Shown in pieces: positions 1 through 12,500 of a stretch of 64,000 nt of DNA. Under the pieces are notes generated by a model. The model saw nothing but the letters and a program-made list of their open reading frames with translations, did no database searches and was not told where the DNA came from. The stretch's first letter is position 1; every line of letters begins with the position of its first letter. Source of the stretch: Lenisia limosa (lineage: Eukaryota > Protista > Breviatea); assembly GCA_001655205.1 (NCBI GenBank), contig LPNZ01008239.1, positions 1 to 64,000 of the forward strand. The letters run 5' to 3'. The translations under genes were made by a program, and so were the position numbers.

Positions 1-790
1 AGGCCAGTCGCTTCTGCAGCACCGTATCCCATCTCCCAGCGTACGTATGGGTGTAAATATAAACTCTAAGTGTGATGATGTATACGAAGCGAATCATTCT
101 GAACTCCTCCTCACCTGAGAATATCTGTTGACAATGGCTGCACCACGTCTTTGGACTAAACCCGGTAAAAGAAAGTATCCTCCCCTCCAAAAAACAACAC
201 CCCCCCCCCTCCAAGTCCAACTAACGCTAACCTGTGTTATCGGAGTGGCAACCTTCTTTTCGGCCTAAATGATCAGCATTCATTTAATGACGGGGTTTAT
301 ATTCTGTAGTACTCTGAAGGATTTTCAGAAATAAACAAAGGAATTTGGGTCAACCAGTGTATTAGTTTCTATAGTAGTCACCAACAGCACTAGACCACCA
401 AATGAGCAGAAAGTGAATACACCCAGACCTGAGCGGCCGGCAACTGGGTCTCAGAGGGACTCAATTTGTCGCGGTCAATGGCTTGTTCCAACCACGCAGT
501 GGCCTTCTGTGTCTATTGTATAAGGTCTAACTGTACAATGTAACTAAATCCTGCACAAACATCACGTTTATTAATTCCTAGGAGATCCTTAACAACACCT
601 CATAACTCCGTTTCTTCATAAGAGATCCTTAACAACACCTCATACGGTTGAACCAAATATCAAGTATTACGACCCAAAATCTTCATTCATTCACATATCC
701 CCCCAACAAAGAAAGCGCTCTGGATCAAGGCGATGGAAATGACAAGCATTAAGGCCATGCCGATTACGGTCGGAGCGTCGCTCCATTGCT
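1..790 (-). CDS. 5' part of an unknown multi-exon gene with a hydrophobic N-terminal anchor or signal; continues beyond the left edge
   Basis: Exons join in phase: QWSDAPTVIGMALMLVISIALIQSAFFVGGY|TQKATAWLEQAIDRDKLSPSETQLPAAQ|AEKKVATPITQ|SKDVVQPLSTDILR|WDTVLQKRLA. The hydrophobic stretch suggests a type II membrane or secreted protein. True start uncertain (758 or further upstream). Confidence 0.5.
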
Positions 791-1378
791 GCGAAATAAA
801 ACAAAAAAACAGGAGGGGTTGACAATAACGAAACCACAAGAGCACAGCACAGTGCAGCACAGTGTAAAGCGGAATAAGTAATGCCGCCTCGGGAGGGGAG
901 GGGCAAGGGCAATATCACAGTAAAAAATCATCCCAGTAGTAATCTTTTGCCATAAAAAACAAACCATCCTCAGTAGTTTCATCCAAGTTAAACTTTTTGA
1001 TATTCATTGCTAGAGAAAGCGGCAGATAATGAGGGAATGTTCGGCGGTAGGTGAAGAGATTTACCCCTTACCAACCTTATCAACCGATATTACTGTCAGA
1101 AACACGACAAATAGTGAGAACGCGCTTCCAAGGCTTCCAGACTAGAGATAAGAACAAATTGAATCGGTTTTTTAACACTCAGCAACCTACCACAGCTTCT
1201 TGGGGGCCTTCCTTATTCTTATCAAAGACATATCCATTCTTAAGCCAAAGGGGAGGGTCCTTTCCATTGCCCTGTGAAAAAAATGGAGAAGACTTCGTCA
1301 TCGTGTCACCTCAGCAATCCATTTTACGCTTTTCTTTTATCTCGCTTCATTCTCTACAACATTAACCCATCATATATG

Positions 1379-4300
1379 TCATGGGTTCAAGCTGGATTTT
1401 ATTTTTCTTCGCCCTATCTGACTGGAACGGAACGCCTGGTTGATTTTTTTCCCCGCGACCGTGATCTGAATGGTCCCGTTCCCCCATTTTTGATCAGAAA
1501 AATAGTAATATAAAAATATATAAATATATATATCCAATAATAATACATCTCTGATACATCTATAGATCATCCACTATACCACTATATAGTATCTATATCT
1601 CACATATATCTATATACTATATAACCTGTCCTGCCCACCCCGCACTCTGAACTCTGTGGCTTGACCTTTAGAAATGTTAGAGCCTTGGTAGCGCCTTGCC
1701 CTTTTTGACGAGCTATCTGCCAGTAAGTCTAAGGGTTTCAATTTAAAGAACATATTCTACATTCTTCCGATAATAATTGGGATAACGAAATTAAATTGTT
1801 TCTGTGTATAGCCTCTGGCTCGTTTTGTTTTTGATTCATATTGCTTCCCTTATAAATTTAGTAATGGCTGGAGAATTCTCGGTTCAAGATGTCATATTCC
1901 TCAGTCTCTTACAAGCGTGGGGGGGGGGGGGNNNNNNNNNNNNNNNNNNNNNNNNNNNNNNNNNNNNNNNNNNNNNNNNNNNNNNNNNNNNNNNNNNNNN
2001 NNNNNNNNNNNNNNNNNNNNNNNNNNNNNNNNNNNNNNNNNNATCACGAACTAAATAATCTGAAACTCCAAACAACAAAATAACAAAAAAAACAAGCAAT
2101 AACAAAACACGAGCAACCAACGCTAAAACTAGACAAAAACCAGAGGACAAAAACACAAAAACAGAAACAAGCCCTTGAAGAGTCCCACTACCGCTCGATC
2201 ACCCTCTCGTACCTGTAAGGCGTTAAAAAAAATTAGGGGGGAAAATACGGCTTATTAACGGTCACAACCCAATCATAACGATAGAGCCGTCCCAAGCATA
2301 CGACCCCCGAGGGGATCAAAGCTGGTAATTTGACTTTGTTGAACACTGTTCAAGATACATTTTTCTGATTTGACCATGCCTCAGGCTCCACCACAATGAC
2401 CGTCTTACTCTTCCCATCGGTGTCGCTTCGGTAGACGTCCTTGAGTTATCTGGTCAGGCTCTATACCTTTGGTTGTCTTCTCCTAAGTCTGTTCTTCCAA
2501 CTATTTTCTCACGGCTTTGCTTTAAAGAGATTGTGTGCAGTTTTTTTTATTTTATACTTCCGACATTTTTGATGTTCAAGGACTGGATGCTCTGGTTATC
2601 GCCTCTATGTCTGCAAGGGTGTGTGGGGCATCTCTGCTGTGTATTGGTCTCAGAATCACTAACTTGTATTCACGCAGAACGTTTTTAGGTGGAGGGTATT
2701 TGTGTTGACCACAAACTATAACTTGATGTAGGGCCGGCACGTGAATTTATCTCAACCCGGCCTCTACAACCCCGAGCGATGCATCGACACTGCTTCTTCC
2801 TGTGGGGGGTTGCCTTGTATTATTGGATTGGGGGCTATTTTATGCCTTTTTTCACTTTGCAGATATGACGCCAGAAATGCCTATGAGCACGGTCTGTCCA
2901 AGTGAAATAAGCATGTGTTTGACCTGACGTTCTGTTTTGTTGATTGTTTTATGTTTGTTATATCCAAGGCGGGTTATATCATTATGTGAGGGAGGCGGTT
3001 ACATCATTATGTACAGACTAGTATCATATCCGTCGTTCAAACTTATTAGGTCGCACAACAATTCCTTTTGTATATTTATTTTCACAGATGGTTCCACCAA
3101 CAACAGTTGTTCCGGATACGCCTCACGCCACTCCAGTTACGCCAGCGCCAACCACTGCGCGTACTGTTGGAGGATTATGGCCGGGAGGAGCGTAACAAGT
3201 TGTTTTTGAGTTGTTTGATCATAAATTCACTTCATATCGCTCCACAGTTTTGATCGCGTACTCAAAAATAAACAAGTTTATATCAAATAACTGACGCATT
3301 AGGAGGTCAGTACTCTTCGAGCCACCCTTGGTCAGCTGACACCCTTCGACATTTCCGACGACAACATGTCTCTGACCACATTAACGTTTGTGCTCCTTTC
3401 TTGCCACGTGAGAGGAAACAACTGCATTCAACCCTGAGATTTTCACTCTTCACAATAATATATGATAATATACTATATACTATATCTATATGTACTATAT
3501 TACTAAAAAAAATCATCAACATTCTATAGAATGACGAAGCTGTTGATGACGTTGCTGTTGACCTAGGTATCAGTCCTCTTAAATTCCGCTCAATCTCAGC
3601 TGCCTTAAAAACAATAGTGAGAGGGGAGACCTCACATCTGATATAGTGTCTTCACCTGGGGGGGGGGGGGATCAGNNNNNNNNNNNNNNNNNNNNNNNNN
3701 NNNNNNNNNNNNNNNNNNNNNNNNNNNNNNNNNNNNNNTTCCCATTCTTTCACAATTCACAATTCAAGAACATAATCGAAGAGGAGAATCGAGTTGATAG
3801 GCCTTTTCTCAGGTAACTTGGGGTGTTCAGGCCTGTTAGCAATTGTCATTTGCAACTTCTTTGATACTGAGCAATGTCCAGATGGTACTTATGCAAAACT
3901 GTTGACGTTTCGCTCTTCCCTTCGTGGGAACTTGCTGAGGTGAATGGGAGCTTTTGTTGATCATGTGAAAACTGAAACAATTTGAACACTCGTGACTCTC
4001 ATTGCGTTTTATTTATTTTTCCGTTTTACACAGTAGTCGTTTTTCCGACTGAACCTCTGGGTGATATCGAAGGCCTTTTCTCTAGCTGTTGAAGACAAGG
4101 ATGATGATACTGTCTGCTTGGCTGGAAATGGGGGGCTATTTTAAGCAAATATTTTGTTCACTTGTCATCATCATCCATACGGTCTCACCCCCCCCCCCAG
4201 AAAGCCGATCTAGCAGATCAATTCATGGTGCTGGCACGTGCTATTCTCGTGTGGCCAGCAGGCATCATACCAGATCACCAGAGTGGGCCCTAATGGGCTC

Positions 4301-7300
4301 TTGCCATTTACTCTGTTCCCACTCATCATTTACTTACATGTATATCCTTAGCTTCTCTATCTTTAAGCTCATGTGTTGACTTTTTTTTTCTTTTTCTTCA
4401 ACTTTTGTTGTGTCTTAATTGGTCGCAGTCCCCTGCTCACAGCCACTACTCAAAGCAGCTTTGAATGAAATGGATGCATTTCTTGGTCCTTACCTGGACA
4501 GCCAAACAAACCTCCCAAAGTCCGTCGTGTTGCGTGTGTTCCAAGTGGGGAAATCTATCACGGTAAATACTATCATTATATTATATATTATATATCGAAA
4601 TATATACGATAGAATTTGATTATATTACACTAGTCTTTATTTATAACAATACTGAATAGTTCCTTCATTGCTCACCAATGTTCAACAAACCCCCCGCCCA
4701 GAATCTCAGTCGATGCTATTATGATGCTGAAGATGGAACATTTGTTGACGACAGTCAGCATATTGATGACGTCATAGCGGACTGTGCAGCAGCCCATGGC
4801 GTTGACCAAACAGTGCTGTCGGCAATGTATGCGGGGCTATTTGTATATTATAAAGTGTTTTTATTGTCATACCAGAAAAAGCTCTCCTATTTACGGTAAA
4901 CTTTCATTTTTTAATCACTAGATGCATGCAAACAGCCTGTGACATGTTTCTCAAAGAAGGTAACGCCAACTGCCTCAGTAACCTCATTGAAGCGGCCACT
5001 GCCATCGGTGAGACAAGGCCTTTCGTCATCCCCAGTTTCATTATTTTTATCCCGAAACAAATACTACTTCTTTTTGTGACAATTGCCTGTTTAAATACTT
5101 GACTCCGCAGGTGAAGGGTCCGGAAAACACCCCATGTGGGCTGAGGAAGTTATCAAAAACTCAACCCGCGACACCCTCACCATTCTTGAAGAACAAACTA
5201 TGATGGCTCTGACTGATTACCTTGATAAGCCTGTTGGAGGGGAAGAGGACTCACAAACCTAGCCAAAACCCTTGTTCTCACTCTCCGTCCTCGGGAGAAC
5301 CATCTTTTTTCTGATAATTTAGGATACCTTTTCTGGAGTTATTTCAGCCCATAAAATCCTCAGTCATTTCGGGGATGTTGAGTCCTCAGCTCGTCAAATG
5401 AAGAAATTATGCTTGAATGCAGGAACACATTTATTCGAAAGTATCAGACCCAACGTTGGAGGCGAGGGAATGATCAAGCTGTTTTTGAGTACACTGTTAA
5501 CCATCATCCAGCTTCCACCATTTGAAATGGAGGAGCTTCTTGAGCTGTCAGAGAGCCTGTCTACTTACCTCAGAGATGAAACTTTTCTTGTGGGAAGTAG
5601 TAGAAATACGGCAAAACCAATATCTTATACAAGCGTTGTTGTTTGCTTTTCCAAGAATCTCAGCTTTCTCTATGCGATGGTATCTTGTTTGTCTTACTTT
5701 GAAATTCGAGCTTTAATATCATGCTATAACTTTTTTTCATAGGTCGTGGCTTTCACTCATTGCCCTAGGCCTTGTGCCAACAGTTCAATACCACGCACTT
5801 CACCCAGGGTGCCAGCACGGTCGTGGGCGAGTTGGCCAGATTGACTGACTCTGTTGTGCGGGACTCCTTTGAGTTGGCGGCTGCTTTTAATGATTGACTT
5901 GATTACTTCAGAGTATTTCTCATTTCTACAGCTTTATCATCTTCTTAGTTCATAGCACTCTTTATATTCTCGCAACACTATTTTTATACACACCCATAAT
6001 CTGCAGACTTGCTCATGCATAACAGGACACGGGTTCGCAACCTGACACCTGAGGTTATGCGGGGCCTTGGTGAAATCGACCAGCTGTCCTCAGATTTCAA
6101 CATCGCTCTCACTAAGTGTGCACAAAACTGCTTTCATTCGACTCCACTCAGTTGTCAACAGGAAACACTTCTAACAACATAGGGCGCGACATTTGGAAAC
6201 CTCAAGTCTTCCACCCAGTTCGGAGGGTCCTCCTAGTTATCAAGGTTTGCTCAAGATCACCTTTCAGAAAGAAATGAGAATTTGGGATGCTTTGATGCTC
6301 TGTGTGACTCTTCTAGAAGCCTTGGATGACAAAACAAAACTCAGCAATATACCCGTTATCAACTTTGAACCCTACTTTCTGCCGCTTGTTAATAGGTATA
6401 GACAGGATAGGCTTTTTCTACACAGGCATTATCCCATTAACGTATTAGACTGTCTGGTACCTCTTTTTCATTTCTCTTTTCTACATCTTTTGTTTTGCCT
6501 CGCATATCTGTTTACCTTCAGATGGGTTAGTGACACTGAGAAAAAATGGATGAATTGGACGGACAACGCTCTAAGTGACGAAACTTGGGACCCCAACGCA
6601 CAACCGGGTAAGTATCATTACTCTTCTATCGTAAACTTGTTTTTTTTTACCTCTTCGCATCATTCTTTAGGCCCTGCACCATCTTGTCACACTGTTTTGA
6701 CAATGATCAACCAAGTGGGTGGATAGGGTTTAATTTTATCATACTGCTGAGGGTTTCTTTGATTCTTTAGATCTTGCCGCTTTTGTCGAACATCACAGCG
6801 CAAAGTGCTGCTCAGGGAGTTCTCTTTCCCATTGCCAATGCGTGAGATGGTTGTTCTTGACTACTTATAATCACTGATGATACGACAAAATGAAATTCAT
6901 ATTATTTCATATGATATGCCCTAATATCATGTGATGGTATTATTTGTGTTAAAAACAAGCATAGATATGGTAATTCTTTGCTTTTGACATTTTAGAGTGG
7001 ATCGCCTCCTTGTCCACTACTCAAACAAAATTACACTTGACTTGGGCAACAGGGTTGGTGTCGTATTGAAACCTGTGAAAATTTTCTTTCAACTCTACTC
7101 TGATACTGATTAACTATTTTAGTTGGCTATGTCATAGTGAATTCATTCTTCTTCTCATCCCATTCAGACGAGCATGCTACCTTCAAGAATGTATCAGAAA
7201 GTCGACCGTCCCAAGTCCACTCTTGGCATCTTCAAGGTTAGCTCTTACTCAAAATTCTTTCCCCACTGACAGCCCTGACAGCCTGTAGGACTCGAAGCCA

Positions 7301-9190
7301 CCACTACCAGCTTTGCCGCAATCTGCCATCGATCAGCTCGAAAAATTCACTACACAATCGGTGAGCCGTTGTATTCAATTCTTCTGCTACCCCCCCCCCC
7401 CNNNNNNNNNNNNNNNNNNNNNNNNNNNNNNNNNNNNNNNNNNNNNNNNNNNNNNNNNNNNNNNNNNNNNNNNNNNNNNNNNNNNNNNCGCCTATCCTCG
7501 CTCTGCTGGATGCTCCAGCAAATTCGAACAATCAAGGTTTGGAAGAGGCTAGCAGTTGCACAGAGGATATCGCGAAGTCCTGATATTGTACTATTACCTG
7601 GAACTCCTTTCCCAGCTAATTGGATATCCCCAAAATGAAACATTGTCCTCCTCTACTCAACCGAATCAGACCGTTATCGGTGCTTCTGAGCTTAGACACT
7701 CAGGCTTTTCGGGACTCTCTATCCGCTCTCTATCTCACTTTCCAGGAGCAGCTACTAGGATCGTGTGGATGGGCAGCAGATCTCGGAGAGTCGAATAGAA
7801 ACCTCTTTAAAACAGGTCGCTCAGCTATCACCCAGGTTCTGGGGATGTGTACATTTTACCCTACCTCCCAACCATCCCAGCCTCTCATCACGTGCAGGTT
7901 GTCAATGGGCTCTTTGAATTTCTTGCTCGGTTCATTGTCTTCTTCAAACACAGGTTAGGATACTCGAATTATGCCTTTCGTATGTATGATTCGAATTCCA
8001 TTTCAATTTATAGTACGATGTATTATATTATATCTATGATATTCTAATATATCATATGATAATACTGAGCTTTAGATTTGGATAACGATTCTAGTTCCAA
8101 GGTTACAATTCTCTGTTTTGTTTGTTTTAGCTTTCAAGATAAAGCCCATTTGATTGATTACGTGGAGGGTGGAATCTGCATTGTTAAAAAGGTCTCATCT
8201 GTCACTCTGGTGTATTATCCAAATCAATCATTTCTAAGGAGGGGGTACTATTCTTTCTTCTATAATTTGTCTTATCCCTCCCACAGAAAGTCACTGGTGG
8301 AGGAGATGTACGTCCCATCTATCAAGTACAACAACTGGGCCTCGCTGCAGTCAGGCTTCTATGCTGAGCTTTCTGAGATATGTAGCATAACAAATGTGGA
8401 ATGTGGTAGAAATACCTCTGAGACCTACGTAGAAATGTGGTAGGTCAGAGAACCTAATCAATGATAGGCCTTCTCTAGTATCACCTGACAACTCAGCGCC
8501 AAGTCGGTTCTCAGCGGGCTTGTCGAGGGTCTGGACTTTGTACTGTTCTCAGGAGGGAGGTACGTTGCAAAGCAGTTGACCTATCCTCCCATCACCCTTG
8601 TCACTTTACAGACGGCGTGTGTTCTATCCTGATGATTTCAACCAGCTGATCAATGAAGTTAATGTTTGTGGATACCTTTATTTCGTCTTCAGATACTATT
8701 TCATTGAGTTGACTATTCAGCAAATCCGAGGCTTCTTTGTCGATGAGCAGTCTGACGGCACCATCAATGGATTACATCCTTCAAGTACGTAAATGTCAAG
8801 GAATTCCATTGATATCTTATGTAGTTAATAATATTATCATAGATTTCTGAAATAAGAACGTTTTGACTGTTTTATACATAAATATCAAATGAGAATGTCT
8901 AAGTATTTCTAACTCGAAGTTGTGAACCAGTACCTCATGCCAATATCTTCAATGACTGCCGTTTTACGTGAGCCAAGTGCTGAGCTTATTCGTCGTTTTG
9001 ACACTGCGGTGAGTCTCAGTTATTGTTTTTTTTTATTTCTAACACAAAACAGCCTTACAAATCCTCTGTGTCTCAATTCACAAAATCTAATATCTACCGG
9101 GTGCTTCTCCACCGCGATGACCCTCGTGCGATTAAGTTCAAAAAGAAGGAGAAGAAGAACCATGATATGCTGGAGGCATCAAGAGACTAG
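1379..9190 (+). CDS. MUN-domain (Munc13-homology) protein of the PATROL1/DUF810 type; many exons, 5' end uncertain
   Basis: Spliced C-terminus RRVFYPDDFNQLINE|QIRGFFVDEQSDGTINGLHPS|VVNQYLMPISSMTAVLREPSAELIRRFDTA|PYKSSVSQFTKSNIYRVLLHRDDPRAIKFKKK...ASRD* (TAG 9188-9190). This resembles the DUF810/PATROL1 end (F..D..L.EFF..GGDGLP..VV; ELI; RVLCHR.D..AS.FLKK). Helical exons run back to about 3090. Whether exons at 1379-2900 belong to this gene is inferred. Confidence 0.75.
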
Positions 9191-9504
9191 TTTTTTGTCA
9201 AGTGGTTGCGTTTTTGTTTTGTTTTTTGTTGCTTTCTGTTATTTATTATTTATTAAAGGTATTTGGGTCACTGCAAAATGAACCTTTTGTGAAAACTCCT
9301 ATACGTTTGTTTGGGTGTCTAAATTAACTTGATCATTTCATTCTACAAATAGTACATCATTAAAAAAAATACAGGATAACCATGTAATCCGAGGAATGTA
9401 ATCACCCATTCATACGAGGATTCTCCACAAAATTGAACTTTGCTGACCTATATAGTCAAGGCATCAACAAGGACATCTTAGCACCAAAAATGTCTTTCAT
9501 TTCT

Positions 9505-12500
9505 CTAATATGAAGCCCTCAATAGTTCTTTATCAACCGCATCAACAAACCTTTGGCCATAACAATCTGGGTCGAAGCACTTTTGCCAGCACTGTCGTTT
9601 TGAGAGATCGGCCACCCAGTAAACGCCATTGGACCTAAATATCAGATGCCAGCTGAGGGAAAAGCTTCCTCTACAAACATCAAGAATTCCCTCCAACTTG
9701 TGATTCCGTCCGACATTCAAACAATATCTGCTTGCAGTGATATTGACCCACAGCAAGTCTCCTGCTCCATCTGGCACTTTAATTGACCTGAAAAATAAAT
9801 GACTCTCATACAGGAACCAGCAGCGTCACTCACACAGACACTCAGCGATTATAAAGAAAATGGATGAATTGCTGTCAAATGAGCATGTCCGTAATAGATA
9901 GAGCAGCAAGGGGGGGTGTCAAATGAGCATGTCCGTAATAGATAGAGTAGCAACGGGGGCTGTCAAATGAGCATGTCCGTAATAGATAGAGTAGCAAGGG
10001 GGGCTGTCAACAGTATATCTAAGAAAATAACTACTGTTATTCAATGAAGAAAATATTTGACCAGAGAGAAGCCTTGGTCAAGCTCACGAGACAACAGCGT
10101 TGGGGTCAATGATTTTGGCATGGTGCTGGACTGCCGCCTTGGCCTCTTCAACGGTAGCGTTTTGCGATGACGTCTACAAAGTTCAGGGGTTATAATGACA
10201 TCAATAAACCAAGCTAAAAACAACTCTAATTAACCAAGAACAATACCATTATTTAATCATACCTCCCCAGGTCGGAATTGCGAGTGTGGGGCTAGAGCTG
10301 GGGGTTTTCCCACAAGAGGAGTCTCGGGCTGAGTCCTAAATGAGGTTATTCTCACTAAGGGGGGTCGTCATATATGATATACATTAGTATTACTTATTTC
10401 ATGTACTATACTATATGCATATACTATATCATATACTACGCCATACTGGGTGTGTGGTATGTCAGGGCATAATTTCAAATGTACATGTATCTATAATATA
10501 TAATTTATATGTAGTAGCTATATGATATGTCCATACCCCATGGGGGTATGGCAAAAAGCCAAATGTATATGATATGATATTATATATGATATTTATAAAA
10601 CCGTATTTTTGCCTGGAAAAGAGAATTGAGCCCATCAATCTTTCGGAAAAATTGGCTTTAACATTGGAAGATGTTCAAAATCCATTGAAGATCCCTTGAC
10701 TATTGTTGATCATCAGATCCGTGAGATTAATAGCCTATTTAACTCACCTGTTCTAATGCATTTTTATACCATCATCAATCAGGAATTGTAAAAATGTATT
10801 TAGTAATATAATTTGTATTATATGAATGGGGGTATGTCATATTTACCTTGTATGTATTATATGACATAAAAACAGGGCTTCCCTACGGTCTGAAAAATAC
10901 CGTTAAAACATCGATATTTATCGAAAATTTATCGAGAAATTCAGTCTTTTTGGGACTGTAGGGAAGCCCTACATATAAATATTTCAATGGGGGCATGTCT
11001 AAGGCCAAAAATGTATACAATATACAATATGACGACGCCCCTAAGGTATGAGGATTGCTACGCAGTGTGNNNNNNNNNNNNNNNNNNNNNNNNNNNNNNN
11101 NNNNNNNNNNNNNNNNNNNNNNNNNNNNNNNNNNNNNNGTTTTTGGGGGGACTTGAAGCCGAACCGTCCGACTGGAATTCGGATGTCTGAATGAAGGTGC
11201 GCCGAAATCGATCTGTTTTGTCAGCAACAAGACAATAAGTAAATGCACAAAGTTGCATAACAACTTAATACTACCCCCACAACACCACCAGATCACACTC
11301 TCTGCAATTATAAGGATTCAAATCATATATCATATCATAGTATATCATATCATATTGTACAGTATCAAAATAGTATGCATATAGTATACTATATCATAGG
11401 TCCTTTATTGTGCCTTTGGTCCAATAATATAGATATTTTTTGGAATAGCTATTGAAGTGAACGCCTACTTTGGAGGGCTCTGTGGTAAAGGCACAAATCG
11501 AGGGGACTCCCATGACGACTGGTTTACTTTGCGAGTGACAATTCTGTACGTGATGTTAGAGAACAATATTATTGTATCATCTCAAAACATTCAAAACTAA
11601 GCTCAATTTGCCACAATGAAAAAGCAAACATAATAAACAAACGTTTTATCTGGAGTCTTGAAAGAAGCAGAGGATGGAAGGATTTTACATCGGGTAGCAT
11701 GGGCAAACTTCTTTGAAAGAGAAACGGGAACCCCCTAAAAAGTGAGCACTCATCACGACCAGAAAACGGGTACAACCCAGGAAGCCTACTCTAACAATCA
11801 GAGGATTCAGGCGGTTGGGGCAATACGACGCCATGCTCCAGGCCAGGTCAGCAAAATTCACTTCATCCGACTCCCCATCCGAAGTGGTGAACCTGAACTC
11901 TTAGATAAGAAAACACCTCCTAAGTGAATTGTTCATCAGTCCTCCAAATGTTTTGGCCCCTGTATACTTCGATATAGTAAATTGATATGACATAATGTGC
12001 ATAATTTCTTAACTTACGTGGCTTGAACTGGGCTGATGGGAAGCGGAAGTTCAGAAATAAAACGACTTGAGGGTCGCCCAGTTTGACCTAAAACAACTCT
12101 CTTGGTGCAATCCTGTGAAGGTAAGAGCAAGATGCTGCCATTATAGTAACAATAGATGAAGTCCCCAAACCAGCCAAATTGTAGCTGATTTGGTAAATAA
12201 TACACCAATTTTCCTTCCTTAATAATTTTCCAATTTTGTAATAACAAAGATAACACTCACCTGGTCAGAGAATGGCGTGACTGTTGGCGCTGCTTCCTGG
12301 AATTTTAGATGCTATGAGCTGAATAGTGAAATCCCCGTCATACGTCATCACCAATGTGGGTATCTTGGGGAGTGGTTTTCGCCTAAGGTGTAAAAATCAA
12401 TGTTGAAAAAGAGTGTGTGTTGACCCCCCCCCCCCTTCGGATGGTTTTGANNNNNNNNNNNNNNNCCAGCCCACCTTGTCAGGGTTGATGAGGGAGATAT

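Noticed and set aside
1804-2156. ORF-track entries containing runs of X (also near 7300, 11000, 12400, 19300, 20500, 22100, 22600, 33600, 38200, 40500 and 48100)
   Set aside because: These frames stay open only because they cross N gaps. The poly-Gly and poly-Pro stretches are translated homopolymer gap edges.
9871-10010. 44-nt repeats as a CRISPR array
   Set aside because: The copies are directly adjacent with no unique spacers, lie in a eukaryotic intron, and have no cas genes nearby.
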